Shown here in pieces: positions 19,387-34,400 of a DNA stretch of 64,000 bases. The notes beneath the pieces were generated by a model. It was given only the letters and a program-made list of their open reading frames with translations, was not told the DNA's origin and did not search any database. How positions within the stretch are numbered: position 1 is the stretch's first letter; the number at the start of each line of letters is the position of its first letter. The DNA is from the human T2T-CHM13v2.0 reference genome, Homo sapiens, in NCBI RefSeq assembly GCF_009914755.1, contig NC_060927.1. One strand, 5' to 3'. The position numbers and the translations under genes are program-made.

Positions 19387-19469
19387 CTGAAATAAATGCA
19401 GGAAGGGGCTGGGAGGCTGGGGTAGCCCAGCCTTCCCACAAGTAGCTCTGGCACTCCAAAGCCGGGGCA

Positions 19470-19582
19470 GATGGAGGGCCTGAGGCCTGACGCACTGATG
19501 CAAAAGCCTTGGGCCCAGGGATCTGCATTTTAAGCTGCATTCCAAGTGGCTCTGATGCGCCTCCAACGCTTGGGAAACACAG
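19470..19582. mobile_element. MER5-like hAT DNA transposon relic
   Basis: gggcccagggatctgcattttaagc...ctctgatgc...ttgggaaacac matches the MER5A 3' half. Confidence 0.65.
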
Positions 19583-21164
19583 GATGCTGTCCAGGCTCCC
19601 CTGAGTCAGTCTAGTAGTCACAGCGATGAGCCCGGTTTCCAAATGCCTACGAGGTGCAGGCGCTTTATCTGCTAATACATTCTCTCATCGTCCCTTTGAG
19701 AAAGGTGTGAATATACCTTCATATAGATGAGGAAACTCAAGCTCAAGAGAATAAACCACTTGCCCAAAGACACAATGCAGGGCGGAGAGTCAAACTGAGG
19801 TGTGCCTGCCCGCAAACCCTGTTCTAGACCCTTCTGCAGAGTTAGGTCCCGCTTGGAGCTGCTGTCTCATGCGATGCGGAGGTGAAGTGGAGTCCCCCGA
19901 CATTGCTCATGGACTGGCAGCCCCCTCGGCGAGAGAGCAGAGGGAGGGAATGACACAGAAAGCTCCGATGTGTCTTGTTCCCACCTAAGGGGCAAGCTGT
20001 TCTCAGCCTCCTGCTCAAAGCAGGGAATAACACGCATCTGCCTTTATTCCACGGGCGCAGAATATGGCATCCCTACGAGGAGCAGGAAGAACAGGCCAGA
20101 AACTGGCAAACAGCACACAAGGTGCTAGGACTGGGACAGAGCGCAGGAGCTCAGCATGGAGCCCACGGGGGAGGCACTCCTCGTGACAGCAGGCGGCTGG
20201 CATGTGCATACAGAATGGCCGCTGGAGGCTCTCCTTAATATGCTGGGCAGAGGTTGTACTTAAGTGAACCCCCAGTGAGCCCCCTTGGAGACTAAGGGCC
20301 AAAGCTGAACTCAGGAGCAGCCAGCATGGAGCCGGAGTGGGGAAGCCGCGGCCAGAAGCAGTGGAGTTTAGACGGACAATGTAAGAAGCTGACTCTAGCC
20401 TGGATAGCGCAGAGACTGGGTTTTCATCAGTTCCTCAGTGAAGAGGAAATTGGAAATTAATACCAAAATCCCACTGAGTAGCGTCCATAGTTTCCATATG
20501 TAATCATGCTTGGCTTAGCCAGGTAGTAGAATGTTTATGATTTTCTTTCCAAGGTGGAGTTTAGTCATTCTCAACGAACCATTTAGTTGGCTTCATAAGG
20601 TCCTGAATTAAAGAACCCCTCTAGGTGATGTTATAGATGGGCAGATACCTGGGCGAGGTGGACCCTCACTGGCTGTTGAAGTCAAGGCGGAGGGCCCAGA
20701 TTGGGCAAATCCGGGGAAGAAGCCATCCTCCCAGACAGCTGCTTGGACGAGGCCAGGGCGCCACACGCTACGTGAAGCTCTGGCTGGAGGAGAAATGGTC
20801 TGTCGTAGGTCTAGGTCTGTTTTAAGGATCTCCCCTGGCGTTTGTGATTCACGTACAAAAATTCAAATGGTATGCCCCTCCCCGAACACATGCTGTCAGT
20901 AAACGGAGGCATCGCTGCACTGCCAGCTAATGACTGCAGGCTGAGGCGGGCGGCTGGGTGCGTTCACTGCAAGCTCGGAACGCTGGCACTGGCTCTTCCT
21001 GCTCCATCCTGGAAAGGAGGAGAATGAGGCAGCCTCCTGCCCGTGGCCCTGATCTTTAGCTCGCTCTACACTGGAAACCAGGAGATGGATTTAGAGACCC
21101 GGCTGCACAGTCCCTCACCAGCTGCTGGGTGCCACAGGCAAGTGAGGGCGGCTGGGCAGGCTGA

Positions 21165-21536
<372 letters not shown>

Positions 21537-21539
21537 CCC

Positions 21540-21910
21540 ACACACACTCTTAAGCACACATACACACAGACACACACAGCCATATGCACACATTCATACA
21601 CACACTCATACACACACATACACATACATGTACACACTCATGTATACACATTCATATATACACATGCATGTTCACCCACAGATGTGCCCATTTATCTACA
21701 CACACTCACACACAGACACACATTCATTCACAAATGCTCATAAGCACACACACTCAGAAATAAACTGTACACACATGTACAAAGAGAGACATACCCTAAC
21801 ACACTCTCACACAGACACACAGTTAACACGAATACAAGACACACCCTTATATGCAGCACACACTTGTTCACTGAGTCCACACCCTCAGACACACCCACGT
21901 GCACACACAC
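21540..21910. repeat. Degenerate (CA)-rich tract
   Basis: Directly visible; gives His/Thr-rich ORFs. Confidence 0.85.
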
Positions 21911-22961
21911 CTTCCCTCCCCACTTGCCCTTCAGACAGAAGAAGGCAGCATTCCGGCGCTCTCTGCCGCCACCTGACTGCCCTGCACAGAGGCCTCCCAG
22001 CCCCAGCAGAGCAAGATCTGCTGCCAGGCCGCCCCTGCTGCCCCCATCTCGGTCACTCATAAATGCCCTGAGGATGCCCACATGCTCAGACCCAGCCTTG
22101 CCCACCTGCTCCTGCCTGCGGCCTTTTCTTCCACATATCAACAGCCTCTCTCACAAGGGCCTTCACACAGCCTCTGACACACACACACTCAAACACATGG
22201 AACATGCTCTCCCTCCTTTGCCATCTCACTGTCACATGGGTCGGTCACTCTGTCTCCAGCCTCTCCCAGTCACATCCATGCGATTTGCCTGCCAGCTTGT
22301 CCCCTACAACTGCACCCCCAGCTTTGGTCTTTGTCTCATGCACAGATACACCCAGCCCTGTATCTGTCTGTCTGTCTCCCTCACGCAGGAACAACTTGAG
22401 CCATGGCAAGTGGGAGAGGGCGTCAGGCCTGATGGAAGCTGTTATTCTTAGCCCTGTCACTGAACACTTGCACCCCTCCCCAGCTCAGCCCCTGCCCTGC
22501 CTGTCACCCTCCCCTCGGGCAGAGCCGAACCTGAGGCCAGTCTAATCCCCCATCTGTGGAGAGGGAGGGGAGGCAGCAGGGGATTGCTGCCCAGCATTGA
22601 AAAGGAGCAGAAAATGGGATTTATTTTTGCTGCCCCTCATCCCCCCCTTCCCCGACTCTGCCCCCAGCTGCTCAGAGAGCAGTTGTGTGAGGAACGAGTG
22701 GGGGTGGAAGGAGGGAATTTGCATTTGAAAATGCTTGTTGGTTGGCCTGAAACACTGGGTGCCATTGCTGATCCGGTTCTCTGTGTGCACACGTGTGTGC
22801 ATATGTGTGTGTGTGTGTGTGTGTGTAGGGTGTGGGAAGGTGGGGCTGTGGGTGAGAAGACACTGGGGAAGTGGACTCAGGGCTTTCTGGAGTGACTGTG
22901 TACCCCTTTCTTGCTTTGGAGCTGGAACCAGCCATAATAGATCAGACCCAAGCTCAGCTTC

Positions 22962-23615
<654 letters not shown>

Positions 23616-24689
23616 TAGCTGCTCTTCCCACCCTCAGTCTCCCTTCCTGCCCATCCCTTCTCCAGACAGCTGCCAGTAACTTATTAAAAAGCCAAAATAA
23701 ATAAAAGCGTATAGTGTCACTCTCCTTCTCAAAACGCTCCCCTGGCAGCTGCAGATAGAGTCTAGAGCCCTGGGGTGCCGCACCAGGGCCCCCGTTCTGT
23801 CCCATGTCCCTCCCACCACTCTCTCTGAGCCCTTCCCTTCCTCTCTGCTGGCTCTTTAGCCTGAAATAGCTTTTCCCTCTCCTTCACCTTGAGTGGATTT
23901 GGAATCCAATTTAGATATCATCTTCACTTCTGAAAACTTCTGCCTCCCCACACATACCTCCATGAGAATCGTTTTTAATCTTTTTACTCTCAAGGGTGTG
24001 TACAAACTTTAATTCCAGCCCTGAAACCACTACCCTTCAGCTCAGGGTCCCTTAATGAGTCCATCCTCGACGCCTGTGCCAGGCAGGGTCCTGTCATGCG
24101 TATGTCCTCTCTGGCCATCTCCATTTGACACAGTCCTGTCCAGCTTGAATCTAACCTCCCTGATGTTGACTCGTGTCTCCCTTCCTTTGGGATTTTCAGT
24201 CTGTGGCCACACTGGGCCCTGACTCTTTTGCCCTGTGCTGTCCACATTGTTTTCTACGTGCGGGTGTGGGGCCACCCCAGCTGGCCTGGGAGCTCCTGAG
24301 GGTGTCAGGGTGGAGTTCCTGCAGCCATGCCCCTGTGGAGCTCTGAGTGGTACTGGGCTCACAGCCAGGACTCAGCGACTTTGGGGACTGGGGCTGCAGG
24401 GCATTGAATTTAAGTCGGGAAGAGGGAGGAGGAGGGGACGGGAAGAAAGGAGCCCTTAGCAGGCGCTGAGTGAAGGCAGGTTGTAGGCCCCTGGGACTCC
24501 ACTCTCAGGGCAGGACTGGGGGCCACAAGGCCTGCTCTCGCCTGGCAGCTGTGAGGAAACCTGCTCCCAGAGGTGATGCCAGAGGTGCGGGCCACCGGGG
24601 CAAGTGGTCTGGCGGCTGGCCAGGATCTGACTCTGACACTGGCCTGCTGAGTGCCCAGAAGAAAGAGGCTCAGAGGGAGAGCCAGAGCA

Positions 24690-25000
24690 TGAGAGACATG
24701 GCAGGGACGCTGAGTGAGAGGGACAGAGAGAGACACAGCAACAGGGACAGAGACAGAGAAGAGGAGAGGGGGGCACAGAGACACATACGCTGAAAGAGAG
24801 ACAGACAGATTCAGAGACAGACTGAGAGACAGAGTGACTTAGAGACACGCACAAAGAAACAGACTGATGGAAAGAAAGACAGGGTCCGAGAGAGACACAC
24901 AGACCAGAAGACAAAAAGGAAGGCAGACAGAGAGGACAGAAAGGAGTGAGGCAGCGTGGGGAGAGAGAGGCAGGGACAGAAACACAGACACAGACAGACA
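24690..25000. repeat. (GAGA/GACA)n low-complexity tract
   Basis: Iterated agagac/agacag units. Confidence 0.85.
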
Positions 25001-25417
25001 TGAGGGCACAGGGCAGCCCGAGAGAAGCCCATAAACACAGGCACGCACATGCGTGGAGGAGGCACGAAGCCACCTAAAGGTGGAGGGAGGGTGTCGGGGA
25101 GGAGAAGGCACAGGCCTGACGCTCAGGGCCTGGGGTTGGGTGGCGGGAGGCTGGGCCTGTCGGCTCCTCTCCTTGACGTGAGTCAGGGGTGGTGGGCAGG
25201 CTGATGGGGCAGGCCTGAAGTAGGGCTGCGTGGAAGGGCTCTGCGGGGTCAGGGGAAAGCCTGGGTCCAGCTGTGAACCCTCCAGGATCCAGGGCTGCCC
25301 CAACAGGAGCCCCAGGAGAGGGAGCTGGAACCAGAGAACAGCACGTGGCAAGAGGCCCCAGTTAAGCTTTGCAGCAGGATGGCCCAGTGGCTACTGGGTT
25401 CAGAACAGCTTCTTGGG

Positions 25418-25564
25418 AGCTGGGTGTCGTGGCACATGCCTGTAGTCCCAGCTGCTCAGGAGGCTGATCGCTTGAGCCCGGGAATTCAAGACTAGCTTGG
25501 ATAACATAGTGAGACCCTGTTCCTTAAAACAAAAAACAAACAAACAAAAAAACACAAAAAAAAA
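25418..25564 (+). mobile_element. FLAM/FRAM-like Alu monomer
   Basis: Single monomer with A-rich tail; TSD aacagcttc. Confidence 0.8.
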
Positions 25565-26209
25565 CAGCTTCCTGGACATGGAACCTCTCACCTCAGCAAG
25601 GAGAGGAGCTGTGGAGGGAGCACAGGGCTGAGACCCTCAGAGTTCCTCCATGGGAACAGCGCACCTGCATCTGTGTCTAAGCCTCAGAGAGACTCCCCAG
25701 GCCCTTGGCAGTCCATTCCATTGTTCCACCGTCCAATACAGAGAGCCCACTGGAAGTCCTCCCTGCTGTCTCATTCTGATACCTCTTATTGCAAGTGCAG
25801 CCCACTCAACTCTTTAGGAGGTTAAAAAAAAAAAGCAACAAAAACCCCTCCACCGAAATCTGAAATGCCACACAGTGCTCAGACAAAGACCCCTTTCTGC
25901 ACAGCTTTACTCCCTCCTACACCTCTCTCCCCCTCCCCACCCCGCTTCCTTACTGCAGGCTAAATTGGCAGTGGGGAGGTTTTGAGTCAACAAATGCAGT
26001 GGGTTGGGGAAGGGAGCCCTGAAGGGGATTCCTGTCTGGGAAACATTTGCTGACAGCAGTTACTATGACAAGGAAGGCCTGCAGGAGAACCCAGCAGCCC
26101 CTGCCTCCTGCCTACTGCCCCTCCCAATTCTAGCTCTCCTTGCCCATCCCCCCTCCCAACCAGTTCATTTACTGACTCATCCATTCCATCATTTACTCAA
26201 CTCAACAAT

Positions 26210-26420
26210 CTTTAGACATTTACCATGCCTCCAGCACCCGCTTGGCATTTCATGTTTATTCTTCCACTCTGTCCTCACCACAACCCACAAAGTTATCTGT
26301 TGTTTTCCCTTTTGACAAAGTAGAAAGCTGAAACCCAGTATACTGAATTGACTTGCCCAGAGTGGTGCAGATGACAGGAGGCAGAGCTGGGATTTGCACC
26401 CAGGACTCTCTGCTTTCCAG
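26210..26420 (-). mobile_element. MIR SINE
   Basis: tcctcaccacaaccc...gacttgcccagag...ggcagagctgggatttgcacccagg. Confidence 0.75.
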
Positions 26421-26934
26421 ATCAGTGTGGGGGTTTCTGAACTGCGTCAGGAAAGCAGGTGCCAGGTGATGAGTACTGTACAGGCTGAGACTTCGCCATC
26501 TTTGGCTCTGCATCACTAAAACTGTGCCCAGCACCCACACACAGTAGGCACTCAGTACACACTTGTGCCATACATTCAGCACACATGAACTCAGTATACA
26601 CATGTGCTTTTTGATGGGAGGGCAAGAGTCAGCAAAAGTGGGACTCCTGAGAAGAGAGGGCCTTCCTGTTTGGAAGCAGCTGTACCTCGGTTCTGCAATC
26701 CAGGCACTCAAGGGCATTGATAAAGTGCCTACTGTGTGCCGGGCACTGTGTTAGGACCTCTGAATACAAAGATTTAAAACACAGATTTGTAGTTTGCCCT
26801 AAAGGAGGTCTTTGTTTAGTGGAGGAGGCAGACATATAAACAGATGGAGTTAGCAGTGCTACAGAAATAAGTACCAAGTGCCGTGGGGTTGCAGGTGGAG
26901 CAAGGACCTAAATCTGAAAAGCAAAACAAGAAAG

Positions 26935-27580
26935 CCTTTATAAGACAATGTAAAAAAAATCTCCGTGACCTCAGGGTAGGGAAAGATTTCTTAAACAACA
27001 CACAAAAATAACACTAACCATAAAGAAAAAGATTGACAAATGTGGGTGCATTAAAATGAAGAAGCTGTGTTCTTCAGAAGACAACATGAAGAGAGTAAAA
27101 GGGAAGCCACAGAGCAGGAAAAGGTTTTGCAACACATGCAACTGACAAAGGGCTCAGCTCCAGAATGTGTAAAGAACTCCCACAAATGAGTATGAAGATT
27201 GGCAACTCAATGGAAAAACTGGATCAAATGCATAAATATGGAAAAATCCAAATGGCTATAAATATATGAGGTGTGTGACCTTATCAGGAATCAAAGAAAT
27301 GCAAATTAAAATCCCAAGAAGATTCTACTACATACCCTCCAGATTAGCAAAAATGTAAAAGTCGGATAAAACGAAGGGCTGGTGAAGATCTGGACCAGGA
27401 GTTCTCAAATATCTCTTCAGAAGCAGCCGGTCAGCATCTAAGCAGTCAATTCAGACATGTGTACTCCAGAGGTGAATCGTGTACAAGAATGTTCGTGGCA
27501 GGCATTATTCATGAAGGCCCCAGACTGGAACCAGTGAATATCCAACAGCTGTAGATTGGATAAACTGAGTACAGAGAAAC
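26935..27580 (+). mobile_element. L1M ORF2 3' fragment
   Basis: gggtagggaaagatttcttaaac...actaaccataaagaaaaagattgacaaa...aatcaaagaaatgcaaattaaaa. Confidence 0.8.
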
Positions 27581-27589
27581 AGAATGAAG

Positions 27590-29440
27590 AGCACAGTTAA
27601 TTCTGCCTGAGGGGCTGGGGTGTCTGGGAAGGTGGATCTTGGAGGAAGAATAGTTTCCCAGTCAAGGAAGCGGGAGAGAGGTTATCCCATCCAGAGGGTT
27701 CAGCAGATGGATGATCATGGGGTTAAGAGCAGTTCTAGCTTGTCCAGGAGGCAGCTGGATTAGGGGCTGGCAGGGAGAGAGGCAGGGAAGGTGAGCAGAG
27801 AGAGGTTGGATGTGTTGGAATGTGAAGGCCTCTGTGGGCCATCGAAGGAAATTTGGCTTAAATACAAAAGTGAGAGATAGTCAGAAGCAAGGAGCAACTA
27901 GAGGTTATTGCAAAAGATGATGCAGCAGGAAAGAAACATAGCAGTGTGGCGGAAGAGAGAGGGTGCATTTGGGAACCATGTCTGAGACAGAATACATAGG
28001 ATGTTGTGTGGGGTGTTGGGAGGGGTCAGGACGGAGCTGAGGCAACTCCCAGGTCTCTGGCTGGCCGGCTGGGTGGAAGGTGATGCTCTAACTCAACATC
28101 CAGAGACTGCGGAGGTGGAGGTTTGAGGCAAGAGCTAAGAGGACTAGTTGGGGACATGCTGCTTTGGTGGTGCCTAGGGATACACAGGTGAACATCCAAG
28201 TTCACCAGGATGTGGAGCTTGGACATGAGCCACAGATATCAGAATTACTAGAGCAAGAAGCCATGGGTTTAGATGAGAATATCAGGGGTGCAGGAGCAGG
28301 GCAAGACAAGAATTGGAGCTCTAGGAACCACAACATAGAGGCAGTGGGCAGAGGAGAAGCAGGGGAGAGAGAGGGAAGGGATGATGGAAAATAAGAGAAG
28401 GTCCAGAAGAGAGGGTGGTGCTGCAGCAGCTAAGGGAGGAGCAAGTTGCACCAGGGCTGGGTGGTCTGTGAGTGAAAACTAGGTCTTGGGAAGAGGTGGG
28501 GTTGGGTCTGTGGTTAGCAAAGAAGAGGAGGAGAGGGTAGTTGAGGGAGTTCTGAGAATCTCTATTTTCTCTGTCAATTACACATGACGGAGGGGACAGG
28601 CCGGAAGCCTGAAAGGGTGGTAAGTTTCAGAACAGGAGCTGATCACCAGCAGCCCAGGAGCTGAAGGGCCAGGCTGAAGTCAGGGACCATAAATCTGGAG
28701 TGGCACTAGTTTGCACGGTTGAGTGGTTTTCCTATGCCTTCTAGTAGCCTGGGAATTGCAATGGACAAAGCAGATGACTGGAGTCCTCCAGGGCTGGGAA
28801 AGGCAGGGTGAGGGGGTGTGGGAATCAAGGGTGTCGGGAAAATGAATGATGTGGCCAATCACAGGCAGGTCAAGAGAGGAGAAAGTAGAGCCAGGAAGGA
28901 GCAGATGCGCTGGCGGAAGGCCTTGTCCAAAGCCGGCACTGCAGCACCGGTGCTCGAACGAGTGAGACAGAACGGGAGAATTGGAGAATCTCTGCGAGTG
29001 GAGACCAGGTTTTATGCAAAGGAAGGAAAAAGTTGTGGCCCAAGATGGGGGTGCTGGAGTTTAAGATTTCACAGGAGACGTTTCAGGTGATATGTGGGTG
29101 GCAGAAATGGAGAGAAGGTCGTTGGGGAAGGGGAGATAGGAGAGCCAAGGGTGAGGGTGTTGGGAAGTCCATGTGGACATTCAGGTCCCCCAGACTGACA
29201 GCAGGAGGTGGGAGACAGAAGAAGACCCTGAGCCAGGCGCCCAAGTCCTCAAAAGACGTTGAGTGACCTCTGGGTGGATGGGTGATCCCAGCCAGGTTGG
29301 GTGAGGGGTGTGTGGCTGGATGGTGGGAACCTGGAGGTCTGGTTTTGAGTGGGAGAGGAAGAGTCATGGACTGGGTGGCAGAGAGAGGTGGAAGAATGCT
29401 GACTGTCCGGCCTGGCCAGGTGCCACCTCCAGCAAGCTCG
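27590..29440 (-). mobile_element. Long L2 LINE relic reaching the endonuclease domain
   Basis: ORF 29083-29367(-) contains HPPRGHSTSFEDLGAWL...LGDLNVHMD, like the APE-type YRPPG and GDFNIH motifs. Downstream purine-rich blocks match antisense L2. Confidence 0.75.
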
Positions 29441-30034
29441 TCTGATCACTCTCTTCTTGACCTTCATTGTTCTTTGAGTCTGAAAGACTCCATTTAACCC
29501 TTGAGTATCCACAGCCCCAATATTTGCTTCTCTCCTCCAGAGATCACTGGGCAGAATTCCCATGGGTGGATTGTGGCTTCTGTGTATTGTGGCCCCAGTG
29601 TATTCTGAGAAATGGGCCATGGACACAGGACAAAGAGGCCTTGACCGCAGCTTGGGTTAGTGAAAGTGTGGGCTGCTCTGGGCCAAGCCACACCATCTAC
29701 TTTGGGCCCAGCAGGCTGGGCTCCTCCACCCCTACCCCATCTCCCTGGGACATGTGGAGCTTTTCTACCCTTCATTTTGCACATGGAAAATTAAGCCAAT
29801 AAAAGCCTCAAGAATATTAAGGCATGGGCTGAGGCCTGATGGCATCTGGAACCCCGTCTGCAATACCTGATTCCCTTCACCTGCTATCAAAATCTTGCTC
29901 AGCCTTCAAGGCCCAATCAAGGGAGCCTCACCTTCTTTCTGATCTTCCCTTCTCCACGTCAATTACTTTGCTGGCTAGATTCTTGGTCCTTCCATTTGGC
30001 ATTTGTTTTCACCCATCTTAAAGTTGGTTGCTAA

Positions 30035-30365
<331 letters not shown>

Positions 30366-30794
30366 AAGACTTCATTTTTTTAATGAAGGGGAGTTGGGGG
30401 TTGGAGATACTAACCATCATCCTCTGTGTGATGGTATCTACAAGACTTCATTCTTGAAGTCAGTGCCTCTGAAGGGGCCATGGGTACAAATAAGACATGG
30501 TCCTTTGGGAAGGAGCTCACATTCTGAACATAGTGTTGGTGGATTCGAATTGATTCTTGGATTTCCAGGGCTAGGATCTGCAAATTGAAGACCAGTGGAT
30601 CCAGGGGCAGGTTGAGGGGAGTGGGAATACCATGAAGCCTCTTGGAGAACCTTTCAAAATTACAGAGGCAACACCCAGGGATTCTGATATGATAGATGAG
30701 GGGGGCGAGGAAGGGTCAGGACCTCTGAATTTGTAGAAACTTCTGGTGGTTCTGAATCTTCTGGTCAAGAACCATGATTTGGGGAAATACAGTG

Positions 30795-30958
30795 TTCTGC
30801 TGCCTCAGCGATTCTGCTGCCTCAGCCTCCCGAGTAGCTGGGAATACAGGTGTGGGCCACCACGCCCAGCTAATTTTTGTATGTTTAGTAGAGACAGGGT
30901 TTCACCATGTTGGCCAGGATGGTCTCGATCTCTTGACCTCGTGATCTACCCCCCTTGG
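30795..30958 (-). mobile_element. Internal Alu fragment lacking head and poly(A) tail
   Basis: Only the central ~150 nt of an Alu is present. Confidence 0.85.
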
Positions 30959-33114
30959 CTGTGGGGCTAACAAAGTAGTAAAAGAAAAGCTGAACTCACT
31001 GCCATATGCTGGGTATGCAAATGACAGTCACTTATGAGCCCTCCTCACAACCCAAAACCAATCACTGCAAAGCACAATAACAATTGGGCATGGCATTAAA
31101 AGGTGAAGGTCAGTTTTTGTAGGTGACGTTAGATTTTACTGTAAGCATCTCAGGACTGGCTATCGTTCAAGGCATGAGTGCTAATCACAGTAATAAGAAA
31201 CCTCAGTGTGCTTTGAGGCTCTCCCCCTATCTCTTTCTCTTTCTCAATCTGTCTTTAAATCTTCCAGTTTCTAGAGCTAGATATCTAGAAAGAAGAAACC
31301 TAATGCATGCTGAGCACCTATCATGTCCAGAACTTGGAGTATTTATCTTATTTGATCTCTACAACTTCCCCATGATGAAGAGCTGTGTGCAGAAAAAAAA
31401 TGGTTCAGAGCAGTGGCCTCCACTGACTCCACTTCAGGTCCTGGCCCTGCAGCTCACTACTGCAGATTTGGGACAGTCTAACCTTCACAGCATCAAGGTG
31501 CTTATCTGTGAGATGGAGCTAAGATGATGTACCCTATCACGCACAGGGTAGATGTGTGATACATTGCAGCTCTTTATTGCCATCATCCTGTTTTGTAGAT
31601 GAACACACTGAAGCCCAGTTGTAAGCAGCTGTAGGTATTTGCACTCAGGTGGTCTGGACACTCCATGCTGTTTCCCCCAGTGCTCCACCTCCAGGCAGCC
31701 TGGCCTTGGCTGGGGAGCATGTGCCACGGGACCCTGGCAGAGGCTGTAACTATTTCCAGGGATGTAGATCTCCAATGGGGTTGGGGGATGGGGGTGTGGG
31801 GGAGCACCTGTGGCCATTAGGAACTACATTTATGAGCCTGTTACACCAACTGGCCCCCTCCCCCAGGTCTGCAGCACATTGAAGTTCTTCCTGTTTGCTC
31901 CCAAGCAGATGGTGCCGGAATCTCTCTACACCAACTCCCATTCATAAATCACAGCCATTCCCCGGGTGCTGGAGCAACCATTCTAATTACAGTGGGGGAA
32001 GTGTGCGCGCAAGTGTGTGCGTGTGTGCGCACGCGCAGGTGTGTGCGTGAGTGAAGGGATGTAGACAGAGGCTGCTGGCCGGGAGATACCACCTCTTCTG
32101 CATCGTGGGTACTGCCGCCTCCCTCAGCAGCCCTCCCAGGCCCTATGCTTCACAGAGGGAAGCCTGGGAGTCCTAGGCCTGGGGAGGGAGGCCTGGTGGG
32201 AGTGTTTCCTGCTCCTGTGACACTTCCACCCCCCTCAAGTGGCCTTAGGATGAGGCAGCCATTCTTGACCCCACACTTTCAGGCCCCAGGCTCTCTGTAG
32301 AATGGTAGGGGGAGGGGAGGCCACTATTAACAGAGTCCCTGGTGTGTCCCAAGCCCTCTGATGGGGACTTGAGATAGGATTGGGAACCTGGTCACAATCT
32401 GGTCAACTCTTATCTGCTGGAGGTGAGAGAGAGTGGAGGGGCGGAGAAGAGAATGACAGGCTTGAAGAAAGCCAGGCTGGGGACCCTTGCTGAGTACCTC
32501 CACTCCCCAACTCCAGAGCTCTCTGGGTCCCTTATCTAAGGCCCCTGGGCTGTGTGTGTGAGCATTATTTCCACGCATATTCATCTACCTCAGTGTGCAA
32601 GTGAATACGGATTTGTTTGTGAATCTGGGGATGTTGTGCTTGTGAGTACAAGCAGTTTGTAAGCTGTGAATCACGGTGTGCACTGTTCACATGTGTGTGC
32701 GAGCCTGTGGGCTCCTGTGTGGGGGGGAGTAGGGGTTTGGTTGTGTGAGTTTGGGTGTATATAGAGTGTCTTTGGGGTGTGTGTGTTGGAGCCTGGGAGA
32801 GCAGGCATGAGACGCATCTGCTGTTGGCTAGATCTGCATGCAGTGTCTGAACGAGGTGACACTGCATGACTAAGGATTCTTGTGTGTGAGGCCTGTTCCC
32901 GCCACCCCTCGGTTCTGAATGCCCCACTATAGAGGTGCATCAAGTAGTCTGCTTCTTTCCTTAGTCCTTGGGGCTTCACTTACAAATGAGGAACGGGAAA
33001 GTGGGGCAGGGGGTGGCAAGGCTACCTTCCCACCTGGAGCAAGCTGGAAGGAGGCCTTCAGTCCCCCAGCACCCCCACCTGAGGACAGTGGCTGCCCTGT
33101 GGGCTCATGACTGA

Positions 33115-33540
<426 letters not shown>

Positions 33541-33869
33541 TAAGTGTGATTCTTCCCAGTCCCCTCCTTCTCCAGAATCTGCCCTTCAGGGAGTCCTCCT
33601 TCTTCCCCTGCTCCAGAGGATCCAAGACATCCTCTTACCTGCTTGAGTCCATGTCCATGTCCTCTTACCTGCTTGAGTCCTCCCTCCCCATTAGGTGGCA
33701 AACTGAGAGGGGGAGAGTTTGGCCACCATGACAGATGCTGCCGAGAGGGGACACTTTTGCTTCCCTTGCCTCTCCCTCCCCACGGATCTCTGTAACCCTC
33801 AGAACTTCCCTAAGCAGCTCTAAGCTATCCCCAGGGGAAAGAGCAGGGACTTGAGAATAAGAGCTCCCC

Positions 33870-34400
<531 letters not shown>

